Virus record (IMG/VR): IMGVR_UViG_3300012682_000014
Span: 1 to 26,836 of that record
Source of the DNA: a virus
Taxonomy: Duplodnaviria; Caudoviricetes
Direction: 5' to 3' (one strand)
Length of the DNA: 26,836 bases
This document shows positions 1 to 7,492 of this stretch, piece after piece (the first letter of the stretch is position 1; each line of letters starts with the position of its first letter). The notes under the pieces were generated by a model, which did not search any database, was not told the origin of the DNA, and was given only the letters and a program-made list of their open reading frames with translations. The translations under genes were made by a program, and so were the position numbers.

Positions 1-369
1 GCCGTGCCCTCGTAGCCGGCCGTGGCCGTGCCCTCGTAGCCGGCCGTGGCCGTGCCCTCGTAGCCGGCCGTGGCCGTGCCCCTGTCGCCGGCCGTGGCCG
101 TGCCCATGTCGCCGGCCGTGGCCGTGCCCATGTCGCCGGCCGTGGCCGTGCCCCTGTCGCCGGCCGTGGCCGTGCCCATGTCGCCGGCCGTGGCCGTGCC
201 CCTGTCGCCGGCCGTGGCCGTGCCCTCGTAGCCGGCCGTGGCCGTGCCCTCGTAGCCGGCCGTGGCCGTGCCCATGTCGCCGGCCGTGGCCGTGCCCATG
301 TCGCCGGCCGTGGCCGTGCCCCTGTCGCCGGCCGTGGCCGTGCCCTCGTCGCCGGCCGTGGCCGTGCCC
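1..369 (-). repeat. 24-bp coding tandem repeat, 15 complete units plus a partial one
   Basis: Invariant 18 nt GGCACGGCCACGGCCGGC plus a variable hexamer (GACGAG, GACAGG, GACATG, TACGAG), encoding GTATAG-(DE/DR/DM/YE). Confidence 0.97.
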
Positions 370-725
370 CCGGTGACTGCCCGCCCGGGCGCACCGTTCG
401 CCGCCAAGAACTCGGTAGACGACATGCGGTCGCCGCAGTGGACGACGACACCGGCCGGGAACTTGACCTTGCCGGCCAGGTCAACAAGCGACGTCGCGGG
501 CACCTCGACGACGAGCCAGCGGGCGTCCTCGCTCCAGTTGAGGAGGGCCCCGTCGCCTTCCCCCCACAGGAGCCCGTGGAGGCCGCCGCCGCACGACGGC
601 TCAGCCGACCAGTCGGTGCAGGCGACCGGCCCCGACTCCGGCCAGCGGAACCCTCGGTGGGAGGTCATGTCGGGGTTGCAGGTGCGGAGGACCAGCACGT
701 TCGCCTCGAGCTGGTTGTCGGTCAC
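1..725 (-). CDS. Phage protein with a globular N-terminal domain (resembles DUF7666, from memory) followed by GTATAGxx octapeptide repeats; 3' end outside window
   Basis: Not in ORF track. Manual translation from GTG at 725, which overlaps the upstream stop (GTGA): MTDNQLEANVLVLRTCNPDMTSHRGFRWPESGPVACTDWSAEPSCGGGLHGLLWGEGDG...KVKFPAGVVVHCGDR...GGTATAGDEGTATAGDR...; open to the window edge. Confidence 0.85.
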   Translation of the reverse strand, partial: MTDNQLEANVLVLRTCNPDMTSHRGFRWPESGPVACTDWSAEPSCGGGLHGLLWGEGDGALLNWSEDARWLVVEVPATSLVDLAGKVKFPAGVVVHCGDRMSSTEFLAANGAPGRAVTGGTATAGDEGTATAGDRGTATAGDMGTATAGDMGTATAGYEGTATAGYEGTATAGDRGTATAGDMGTATAGDRGTATAGDMGTATAGDMGTATAGDRGTATAGYEGTATAGYEGTATAGYEGT

Positions 726-955
726 GGCTGAGGGTCCAACGGTCGGCCGGCGGCGTCAGCGACGACCCACCAGACGAGCGGGTCCGGTCGGGTCCGGTTG
801 CGGAGGATGGCGCCCCACTTCGCCTCGGCCATCGTGCTGATGGGGATGCCGACCACGGGAAGCGGGCCACGATCGTTTCGCTGCACCAGCACGTAGTTGG
901 GCGGCAGGTACACGTCGGTTGTCGGCGGGGTCGCCGAAGTTGTGGGCATGTCCAC
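722..955 (-). CDS. Hypothetical early protein (77 aa)
   Basis: AGGAG RBS upstream; stop overlaps next start (GTGA). Confidence 0.65.
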   Translation of the reverse strand: MDMPTTSATPPTTDVYLPPNYVLVQRNDRGPLPVVGIPISTMAEAKWGAILRNRTRPDPLVWWVVADAAGRPLDPQP

Positions 956-963
956 GGGTGCTC

Positions 964-1293
964 CTAACGGTCGGACGGTCGGGTGAGAGTTGGTGCAGCC
1001 CGGGAGGCGTCAAGGAGGGCGCCTCCCGGGCCACGGGCAGCGCCGGAGGACGCCGTGCGGGGGGGCACAGTTCCGTCCGGGACACCGCCACCACCGGCGG
1101 TGAACGGGCCACCGGTGGGATCTTGGAACTGGTCGAACAGGGCGGTCGGGTGAACCAGCCGGCAGTGGGAGCGGGGCGGGGCGGGCGGCTTCTCCGCCCA
1201 CCGTTCGGCGGCGGCAGCAGTCTCGAACTGGCAGGCGATCCAGCCGAGGACAGCACCGAAGGAGCAGATGAGGATGGCGGTGGCGGCCGTCAC
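964..1293 (-). CDS. Hypothetical protein with N-terminal hydrophobic helix (109 aa)
   Basis: GTG at 1293 overlaps upstream TGA; begins MTAATAILICSFGAVLGWIACQ; low-complexity C-terminal half overlaps RNA hairpins. Confidence 0.55.
   Translation of the reverse strand: MTAATAILICSFGAVLGWIACQFETAAAAERWAEKPPAPPRSHCRLVHPTALFDQFQDPTGGPFTAGGGGVPDGTVPPRTASSGAARGPGGALLDASRAAPTLTRPSDR
998..1118 (-). ncRNA. Putative structured RNA: three tandem GC-rich hairpins with pyrimidine-rich loops
   Basis: Stems 1091-1100/1109-1118 (loop CCCGUUCA), about 1037-1088 (interrupted stem, loop CCCCCC) and 998-1009/1020-1031 (perfect 12 bp, loop CCCUCCUUGA). Confidence 0.4.
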
Positions 1294-1400
1294 CGGTCGC
1301 CGTCCTTCGGGAGCTGGCCGAACGTCAGCGACCAGACGGCGGCGAAGACGACGGAACAGACGATCCACACGGCGGCGGCGGTCACGAGGAGACGGGTCAC
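1290..1400 (-). CDS. Small membrane protein (36 aa)
   Basis: MTRLLVTAAAVWIVCSVVFAAVWSLTFGQLPKDGDR; 4-bp overlaps at both ends. Confidence 0.65.
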   Translation of the reverse strand: MTRLLVTAAAVWIVCSVVFAAVWSLTFGQLPKDGDR

Positions 1401-1483
1401 CGGCGGCTGACCGCCACCGCATAGAGGGCCAACGAGAGGATGAGGGCGACGAGGAGGGCGGCGGCCATCTGGTCGCCCGTCAC
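1397..1483 (-). CDS. Small membrane protein (28 aa)
   Basis: Manual translation MTGDQMAAALLVALILSLALYAVAVSRR; GTGA overlaps at both ends. Confidence 0.6.
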   Translation of the reverse strand: MTGDQMAAALLVALILSLALYAVAVSRR

Positions 1484-1578
1484 CCGACACCCCAAACGTG
1501 CATGATGAGCAGACCGGCGGTCCCGCCGGCAGCGAACGCGGCGGCGCAGACGGCCAAGTCGTGGGCGAGAGCGGTCAT
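1480..1578 (-). CDS. Small membrane protein (32 aa)
   Basis: MTALAHDLAVCAAAFAAGGTAGLLIMHVWGVG; ATGA overlap with HNH stop. Confidence 0.6.
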   Translation of the reverse strand: MTALAHDLAVCAAAFAAGGTAGLLIMHVWGVG

Positions 1579-2093
1579 GCCGACACCTGGTCGGCCGTGT
1601 AAGCGTCGACCGCTTCGGTGTGCGTCAGGCCTCGCAGCAGGTACCGGCGCTCCGCCTCTCGCATCCGATGGCACGCTCGGCAGTTCCGGCCGCCCGGCGC
1701 CATGTAAGTGTTCGCCACGTCGAAGGGGTGCCCTCGCTTGCAGTGCGTTCGCATCCTCGCCAGCCGCCCCGAGACCTCGGACACGATCCCCCGGCGAACG
1801 TTCTCCGCGTGAGTGACCGGCTCCAAATGAGACGGCCGGACACAAGCACGGTTACGGCAAACGTGGTCAAGCTCGAGGCCGTCGGGCACGGGACCGTGCT
1901 TCAGCACCCATGCGACTCGATGCGCCCTGATGGCCCTCGTGGCACTGCGTGGCCCCATCTTGAATCGGCCGTATCCTCTCTCGTCGCGGCCGCCCCGCCA
2001 CTCCCAGCACATGCCGGACTGGTCGACCTTGGCCCAGAACATTGGGACGTGACGCTCCTCGAATCCCCTGCCGGCGAGGTCGGCGGCGCTCAT
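1575..2093 (-). CDS. HNH endonuclease (HNH_3 type) with C-terminal Cys/His motif
   Basis: FWAKVD..CWEW..GYGRF..AHRVAW..LDHVCRNRACVRPSHLEPVTHAEN, then THCKRGH..CRAC; start at the ATGA overlap at 2093. Confidence 0.9.
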   Translation of the reverse strand: MSAADLAGRGFEERHVPMFWAKVDQSGMCWEWRGGRDERGYGRFKMGPRSATRAIRAHRVAWVLKHGPVPDGLELDHVCRNRACVRPSHLEPVTHAENVRRGIVSEVSGRLARMRTHCKRGHPFDVANTYMAPGGRNCRACHRMREAERRYLLRGLTHTEAVDAYTADQVSA

Positions 2094-2287
2094 GCCGCCT
2101 TCTCGATGGCGAGGTCGATGCACCAGCGCCGGACGGTGTCGGTGGAGAGGGTCAGCTGGTGCTCGGTGAGCAACCATCGGGCGATGTCAGCGAAGGACTG
2201 GCCGTCCGTTCGGCGCTGGCGCAGGGCGTCCTCGAGTTGTCCGTCGAGCAGCCGGTCGATGAGCGGGTAGGACGCTGTTCGGGGCAC
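2090..2287 (-). CDS. Cro-like small HTH protein (65 aa)
   Basis: Divergent from repressor; HTH-like SFADIARWL...LSTDTVRRW; ends EKAA; GTG at 2287 lies 7 nt after a predicted -10. Confidence 0.75.
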   Translation of the reverse strand: MPRTASYPLIDRLLDGQLEDALRQRRTDGQSFADIARWLLTEHQLTLSTDTVRRWCIDLAIEKAA

Positions 2288-2294
2288 GGGTGGT

Positions 2295-2323
2295 ACTACA
2301 CCATTGATTCTCCATGGTGTCAA
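2295..2323 (-). promoter_or_regulatory. Leftward early (lytic) promoter, probably leaderless, overlapped by an inverted repeat
   Basis: TTGACA-17 nt-TGTAGT-7 nt-GTG; inverted repeat ACACCAT-N9-ATGGTGT at 2298-2320. Confidence 0.7.
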
Positions 2324-2367
2324 GCATGAGTTTGGACGTGGCGGCACCAGACATACCGGACCCTGTA

Positions 2368-2396
2368 TGGACACCACGCACGATGCGTGGCACTAT
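2368..2396 (+). promoter_or_regulatory. Rightward repressor promoter, probably leaderless, with palindromic spacer
   Basis: TGGACA-17 nt-CACTAT-7 nt-ATG(2404); spacer CCACGCA-CGA-TGCGTGG is a perfect 7-bp inverted repeat. Confidence 0.55.
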
Positions 2397-2403
2397 GCGT
2401 GTC

Positions 2404-2736
2404 ATGAACTTCGCCGAGCGCATGAGATGTGCCAGGAAGGCCGCCGGCCTCTCCCTGGTCGAAGCGGCCTACCGCGTCCGTGTCTGGCTGCCGGAGGCTG
2501 AGTGGGTCGGCTACGACGTGATCCGCCGCCTCGAGGCTGGCGTCACGCCAGAGGAGAAGGCAGACCCGGTCCTCTTGGCTGCCCTGGCCAAGGCCTACGG
2601 CACGGACGTGGCCGACCTGTCCGAGGTGGGCGAGAAGGCGCTCTCGATGGTGCGAGAGCTGGTCTCCACGGGCAGGAGGAAGGGCCCGTCTAGAAGTAGA
2701 TGCTTCGCGGAGCACGCCACGCCCGTCGCCGCCTGA
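2404..2736 (+). CDS. XRE-family immunity repressor (110 aa) with C-terminal -VAA
   Basis: MNFAERMRCARKAAGLSLVEAA...IRRLEAG...LAALAKAYGTDVADL is an XRE HTH pattern; upstream of integrase, divergent from Cro-like gene. Confidence 0.85.
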   Translation: MNFAERMRCARKAAGLSLVEAAYRVRVWLPEAEWVGYDVIRRLEAGVTPEEKADPVLLAALAKAYGTDVADLSEVGEKALSMVRELVSTGRRKGPSRSRCFAEHATPVAA

Positions 2737-2765
2737 TTCGCCCGGCCGCTGACAAGGTGCGCACC

Positions 2766-3581
2766 GTGAACAACCACAGGCTCATCGCCACCTACGCCAC
2801 AGACAGCACCCACCGTGGGCTGCAGCCCACCACCACCGAGATGCGCACCGTCCGCCTCCACTGCTTCGCCACCTGGCTCGACCGTCCCCTCGGGGCAGCG
2901 GACGCCGACGACGTCGAGCGGTTCCTCGCCAGCCGCTCCATCTGCGTCCGCACCCGGTACACGTGGCTCAGCCACCTGTCCTGCTTCTACCGGTGGGGGA
3001 TGCGCCGCGACCACTTCACGGCCGACCCGACGGCCCGCATCGACCGACCCCGCCTCCCCCGCCTGCTGCCGCGGCCGATCAGCGACGACAACCTGACCGC
3101 CGCCATCGGCGCCGCAGACCACCGGCTCCGGGCCATGCTCCTCCTCGCCAGCCACATGGGCCTGCGGTGCTGCGAGATCAGCCGCCTCCACGCCAACGAC
3201 GTCATCGACACCGCCGACGCCCCGATGATCCTCGTGCACGGCAAAGGAGCGAAGGACCGGATGATCCCGCTGCACCCGCTCGTGCTCAGCGCCTTGGGCC
3301 CGCTCCCCCACCGCGGCTTCCTGTTCCGCCGGCCGGACAGCCTCGAGCCGCTGTCGCCGGCCGAGGTGTCGATCCTGGTCCGCCGCCACCTCCACGATCA
3401 GGGGATCGATGCGACGGGCCACCAGCTCCGCCACTGGTTCGCGACGAGGGTCTACCGGGCGACCCGGGACCTGCGGCTCACCCAGGAGCTGCTCGGCCAT
3501 GCCTCGCCGACGACGACGGCCTGCTACACCGCCTGGGCTACCGGGGACGCTACGGCGGCGGTCGGCTGCGTCGGCCTCTGA
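2766..3581 (+). CDS. int: Tyrosine integrase lacking an N-terminal arm-binding domain (about 271 aa)
   Basis: Catalytic motifs GLRCCE (R), HGKGAK (K), HQLRH (HxxR), LGHAS (H), CYT (Y); start inferred at GTG 2766. Confidence 0.92.
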   Translation: MNNHRLIATYATDSTHRGLQPTTTEMRTVRLHCFATWLDRPLGAADADDVERFLASRSICVRTRYTWLSHLSCFYRWGMRRDHFTADPTARIDRPRLPRLLPRPISDDNLTAAIGAADHRLRAMLLLASHMGLRCCEISRLHANDVIDTADAPMILVHGKGAKDRMIPLHPLVLSALGPLPHRGFLFRRPDSLEPLSPAEVSILVRRHLHDQGIDATGHQLRHWFATRVYRATRDLRLTQELLGHASPTTTACYTAWATGDATAAVGCVGL

Positions 3582-3661
3582 GTCGGTGGGGATGGACGTG
3601 GAACGCCTGCGGGCCGCGGTCAACGGCCGACGCTGGCTCGACGCCGCCTGACCCGGGACGC

Positions 3662-3693
3662 GAAGAAGCGCCCCCGGCCGAAGCCGGGGGCGC
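3662..3693 (-). terminator. Intrinsic terminator ending the late operon
   Basis: Minus strand GCGCCCCCGGC-UUCG-GCCGGGGGCGC-UUCUUC: 11-bp stem, UUCG loop, between convergent genes. Confidence 0.85.
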
Positions 3694-3721
3694 ACACTTA
3701 GCCAGACGTTATGGGCGGCGG

Positions 3722-5578
3722 CTAGGGCAGCACGAAGATGGTGGACGCCGGGACGGCGGCGGCCATGTTGACGTAGCCGACATCGACCGGGTGGGTCCCG
3801 TCGCTGCTCTGAATCGTGGCGATGGTGATGGTGCGGCCGGTGAGGCTGGCCGAGGTCACCGGGCTCACTCTGGCGTCGGTGGCGCTGTCTCGCTGATAGA
3901 TGGCCCCGTAGTAGGTGGCGCCCGCCGCACCGGCTCCGGGGATCGACACGGCCTTGCCGATGTCGGCCGCCGTGAAGTTGGCGGTGGCGCTGGTGATGAG
4001 CGTCCCGGCGTTCGTCGTCCCATCGGTGACGACCCTCGGGGCGGGGTCCTGCTTCCACGTCCCGGCGACCGCACCTTCCACGGTGCCGGCGGTGTCGAGG
4101 ATGCCCGTGAACGGGTGCCCGGTCCCGCTGGCCGCCTGGGCGACCGCCCCGGTCGTGGTGTAGACGGTGGCGAGGAGAGCGCCGGCCGTGCCGATAGCGA
4201 CCGCAGCCTTCGTGGTCGGGTCGACGGGTGCGCCGGCTCGCAGCCAGGCGTTCAGCGCCGGCCGGTTCGCTTGGACGTTGGCGTTCGGCGTCTGTGCTGC
4301 CTCGGTGATGAACCCGTCGGTGCTGGTGCTTCTCGGCGTGATCGTCGTCTGGTAAACGAGGATGCCCCGAGCGGCCAACTTCGTGGCGATACTGAGGATG
4401 TTCGCCTGGACGGTGGCGGTGCTGTTCCCGGCGGTCAGGTCGTTGATGCCGTAGTTCATCAGGGCGTGGGTGGAGCCGGTAGTCAGCGCCAGCCTGGTCT
4501 TGTGGCCGGATTGGAGGACGAAGGCTGCGGCGTTCTCACCGGAGACGGCGATCTTCAGGAACGGGAACAGGTTGTTCAGTGCCCGCTCGAAGAACCCCTT
4601 GCCGGCGGCGACTGCTCCCGATGCGGGGGCGTCACCCTGGCCGAACACGATGCTGTCCCCGACACCGACAACGACGGGCGCCTCGACCGTCGGGAGGCCG
4701 AGGACGGCGATCGGTCCGAACAGATTGACGGAGGCGGTCGAGATGGTCCCGACGAGCGTCTGGTCAACGGCGTTCGTGGCAGCGTCGCCGCCCTCTCCGC
4801 CGTAGGCGACCGAGTCGCCGGTGGGGAACTTGCCGCCCGAGGCGACGGTCACGTAGGTGCGAGTCCAGATGATGTCCCCGGTGTTCACGTCAACGGCGAC
4901 CGGGTCGGAGACGACAACGCCGTTCGGTTCGATCGTCACGTCCCGCTTCCCGGCGAAGAACACGGCGTGACGGGTGGCGTCGGGTAGTTCGATGGCGGCC
5001 CGCACCGTGATGTTGTCAACGGGGGCGACCGTCTCGTTGTTGTAGGCGTTGGCGAACACGACTCGCAGGTCGGAGGCGGCGGCGATCACGGTGCGGCGGG
5101 TGCGGAAGTTGGCGTTGAGGACCGCCCCGGAGGACTGCTGCGGGTACCAGGTTGAGCGGTTCGTGACCGGGGCGGCCGTGAGAAGGGCCGTGGCTCTGCG
5201 GAGCGCCCGGAGGGCACGGTTGGCAGCAGCGGTCAGGCCCGTGGCGGACGCGGCGCCCAGGTTGGTGCGGGCCGTGGTGGCGTTGGCGAGGTCGCTGAGG
5301 TTGCTGGCCTTCTGCACATAGGTGGCGGACTGTGCGGCCACCACAGCGTCAAGCTCGGTTTGGGTGGCCGGGTCGAACGACAGTTTCGCCGGGGTGATCG
5401 ACCCGTCAGCGACGAACCCGGCGTACGCCAGCGCCGCCCACGTCAGCACCCCGTTGCCAAGCTTGAACTTGAGGGTGTCCGTCTCCACACCGATCTCGGC
5501 GGCGGCGAGCACCGGGTTCGCCGCGGTCCACGCGGCGGCCGTGTCGTTCCGTTCCTGGCGGCGCTGAATGATGGTCAT
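3722..5578 (-). CDS. Tail fibre/spike: Mtd_N-like N-terminus plus SGNH/GDSL esterase domain
   Basis: N-terminal DTAAAWTAANPVLAAAEIGVETDTLKFKLGNG...W..LAY; SGNH blocks VGVGDSI, SG, YGIND, DGTHP. Confidence 0.8.
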   Translation of the reverse strand: MTIIQRRQERNDTAAAWTAANPVLAAAEIGVETDTLKFKLGNGVLTWAALAYAGFVADGSITPAKLSFDPATQTELDAVVAAQSATYVQKASNLSDLANATTARTNLGAASATGLTAAANRALRALRRATALLTAAPVTNRSTWYPQQSSGAVLNANFRTRRTVIAAASDLRVVFANAYNNETVAPVDNITVRAAIELPDATRHAVFFAGKRDVTIEPNGVVVSDPVAVDVNTGDIIWTRTYVTVASGGKFPTGDSVAYGGEGGDAATNAVDQTLVGTISTASVNLFGPIAVLGLPTVEAPVVVGVGDSIVFGQGDAPASGAVAAGKGFFERALNNLFPFLKIAVSGENAAAFVLQSGHKTRLALTTGSTHALMNYGINDLTAGNSTATVQANILSIATKLAARGILVYQTTITPRSTSTDGFITEAAQTPNANVQANRPALNAWLRAGAPVDPTTKAAVAIGTAGALLATVYTTTGAVAQAASGTGHPFTGILDTAGTVEGAVAGTWKQDPAPRVVTDGTTNAGTLITSATANFTAADIGKAVSIPGAGAAGATYYGAIYQRDSATDARVSPVTSASLTGRTITIATIQSSDGTHPVDVGYVNMAAAVPASTIFVLP

Positions 5579-6048
5579 GCGGGTCCTCCTGTGGCGTAGA
5601 CGAGTGCGTTCTGCGATGCGGGGCCGCCGGTGACAAGACCGCCGAGGGCGTCGAGCTGCGCTTGGAAGCCGGCCAACCCGAGAGCCAACGCTGACGGGCT
5701 GACCGGCGTCTGCCCGCCGCCGCCTCGCCCGGTGTCAACAATGAACCGGCCGGCCGACGCCGTCTGCACAAGGCCGGCGGGGTCAACAACCCGGCACCGG
5801 TACCAGCGGACACCGAGGACGGCAATGTCAGCTTTGGGGACGACGAACCGGGCGACCCAGCCGGCAGCGTCAGACCCGGACCAGGTGCCGACGTACGTGA
5901 TGCCGGACGCGTCGTCGGCCGTTTTGGAGTCTTTGACAACGAGGGTGGTGGTGTGGGTGGTGACGGCCAGGTAGGAGCCGTCGGCGGTGATGATCGGCCC
6001 GACGGTCGGGAACTCATCGTCGGACTGGTCGACGTACAGGTCGGTCAT
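5575..6048 (-). CDS. Putative baseplate/fibre adaptor (beta-rich, BppU-like)
   Basis: ATGA overlaps at both ends; beta-strand pattern ending GRFIV; context. Confidence 0.6.
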   Translation of the reverse strand: MTDLYVDQSDDEFPTVGPIITADGSYLAVTTHTTTLVVKDSKTADDASGITYVGTWSGSDAAGWVARFVVPKADIAVLGVRWYRCRVVDPAGLVQTASAGRFIVDTGRGGGGQTPVSPSALALGLAGFQAQLDALGGLVTGGPASQNALVYATGGPA

Positions 6049-6308
6049 AGGTGCACTCCTGAGGTCGAGGTTTTGGCGGTCAGACCGGGGACACGGGCCC
6101 CGGACGGGACGGTGCCGCCGGCGGCTGCCCCGGCGAACACGGGAACGGCCGCCGCACCGGCGGTGCCCGGAACGGTGGCCGCGGACGGGTGCGTCGAGCT
6201 GGCGGCGGCGGCGGTGAACGTGGACACTGTGGCGGTCCCGGCCAGGTCAGGGAACGGGGCGGCACCCCACCCGGCCAGCCAGTGGGAGACGACCGCCCAG
6301 CCGGCCAT
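6045..6308 (-). CDS. Ala/Thr-rich hypothetical virion protein (87 aa)
   Basis: TGATG and ATGA overlaps with neighbours. Confidence 0.6.
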   Translation of the reverse strand: MAGWAVVSHWLAGWGAAPFPDLAGTATVSTFTAAAASSTHPSAATVPGTAGAAAVPVFAGAAAGGTVPSGARVPGLTAKTSTSGVHL

Positions 6309-7492
6309 CAGCCACCACCGAACATGTAGACGGGCTTCTTCACAACGATCGTCTCGCCGCCGCCCGTGCCGACGGCGACCGTGCCAACGGTGCCGAGCAC
6401 GACAGACGACTGCCCCTGGACCGTGGCCGCCCCCACGGCGGCGCCGACCGCCCCCGCCACCGAGCTTGCCGTGGCGGTCACGGTGGCCGCCCCAGCCGAG
6501 CTACCAATGGCGTCCCACCGAGAGGACATCGCACCATCCACGGTGGCCGCCCCGGTAGCAGTACCCGTCATGTCGGCTCTCGCACTTCCCGCGCCGTCCA
6601 CGACCCCCGCTCCCGCAGCGGTCCCGGTCGCATCCCACCGGGACGACATGGCACCGCTCACCGTGGCCGCCGCCACCACCTCGCCGGTGGTCGTGGCCAC
6701 AGACCCTCCCGAGCCTGTCACGGTCGCAGCAGCAGACGAGACGCCAGTGGTGTCCCACCGTGACGACATGGCACCACTGACCGTGCCGACACCGGCTGAC
6801 GCCCCGGCCGTGCCCAGCACCTTGCCGGACACACCATCGACGGCGGCGACCGCCGCGGCGGCCCCGGTCGTGTCGGCAAGCACCCGCAGCCCGGGCGTCA
6901 CAACCCTCGACGCCACCGCCGACGTTGTGCCCGTGAACAGCGTGCAGGTCCGGCCGGTGAGGACGACACCCGCACTGTTCAACTCGTAGCCGTACTGGAT
7001 CGTCTCATCAGGCTCGAACACCACCTCGGGCAGCGCCACCGTGACCGTGAACGTCACCTGCCCGGAGGTGACCGGGAACGACGCCGTGGCGGAACCGGAG
7101 CCGAGAAGGGTCCGTGCCCGACCCGGACCGACACCCACCCGGTAGACGAACATCGTCAGGGTCCCGTCGACCGCCAACGCCCCGTTGTGCCCCATTCGGA
7201 TCGTGGCGACGTGGTTCCCGGCCGGGAAGTATCGGCGGGCGCCTGTCGCCCCGCCCATGTCTGCCGGTGTCACCGCCCACCCGAAGTTCGCCTCAACGCC
7301 GTCGGCTGTCGACGTCGAGTACGGGTCCTCGGTGCGGATGACCGCACCGCCCGTGCTGTGGTCGGTCACCGTCGTCGCACTGCTGGCGGCGTCGGCGGCG
7401 CTCAGGAGCTTGCGGACGTCGGTGCCCCACTGTGACGCCCCGGCGTTCGCGTCGACCGGCAGGTACAGCGTGGTGATGTTCCCGAAGGGCAT
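6308..7492 (-). CDS. Putative fibre protein with 20-aa Gly/Ala/Thr repeats
   Basis: C-terminal half has about nine 20-aa units; GAMSSRWD recurs three times at 120-nt spacing. Confidence 0.75.
   Translation of the reverse strand: MPFGNITTLYLPVDANAGASQWGTDVRKLLSAADAASSATTVTDHSTGGAVIRTEDPYSTSTADGVEANFGWAVTPADMGGATGARRYFPAGNHVATIRMGHNGALAVDGTLTMFVYRVGVGPGRARTLLGSGSATASFPVTSGQVTFTVTVALPEVVFEPDETIQYGYELNSAGVVLTGRTCTLFTGTTSAVASRVVTPGLRVLADTTGAAAAVAAVDGVSGKVLGTAGASAGVGTVSGAMSSRWDTTGVSSAAATVTGSGGSVATTTGEVVAAATVSGAMSSRWDATGTAAGAGVVDGAGSARADMTGTATGAATVDGAMSSRWDAIGSSAGAATVTATASSVAGAVGAAVGAATVQGQSSVVLGTVGTVAVGTGGGETIVVKKPVYMFGGG

Noticed and set aside
1-369. CRISPR-like array (constant repeat plus variable insert)
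   Set aside because: Variable part is only 6 nt and reused, the period is 24 nt in frame within a CDS, and no cas genes are present
2660-2765. tRNA-derived attP core
   Set aside because: No T-loop (GTTCGA/TCGAAC) or proper anticodon stem found on either strand here or at 3582-3721
3570-3590. prfB-like +1 frameshift at the integrase stop (CTC TGA G) adding the LDAA tail
   Set aside because: CUC to UCU re-pairing is poor, unlike CUU-U in prfB, and no suitably spaced internal SD was seen
2595-4058. 487-aa minus-strand ORF across the integrase
   Set aside because: Antisense shadow of the integrase that crosses the terminator; Arg-rich with no domain signal
3722-5578. Diversity-generating retroelement suggested by the Mtd_N-like domain
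   Set aside because: No reverse transcriptase, no template/variable repeat pair differing at adenines, and the C-terminus is SGNH rather than C-type lectin; Mtd_N is a generic fibre anchor
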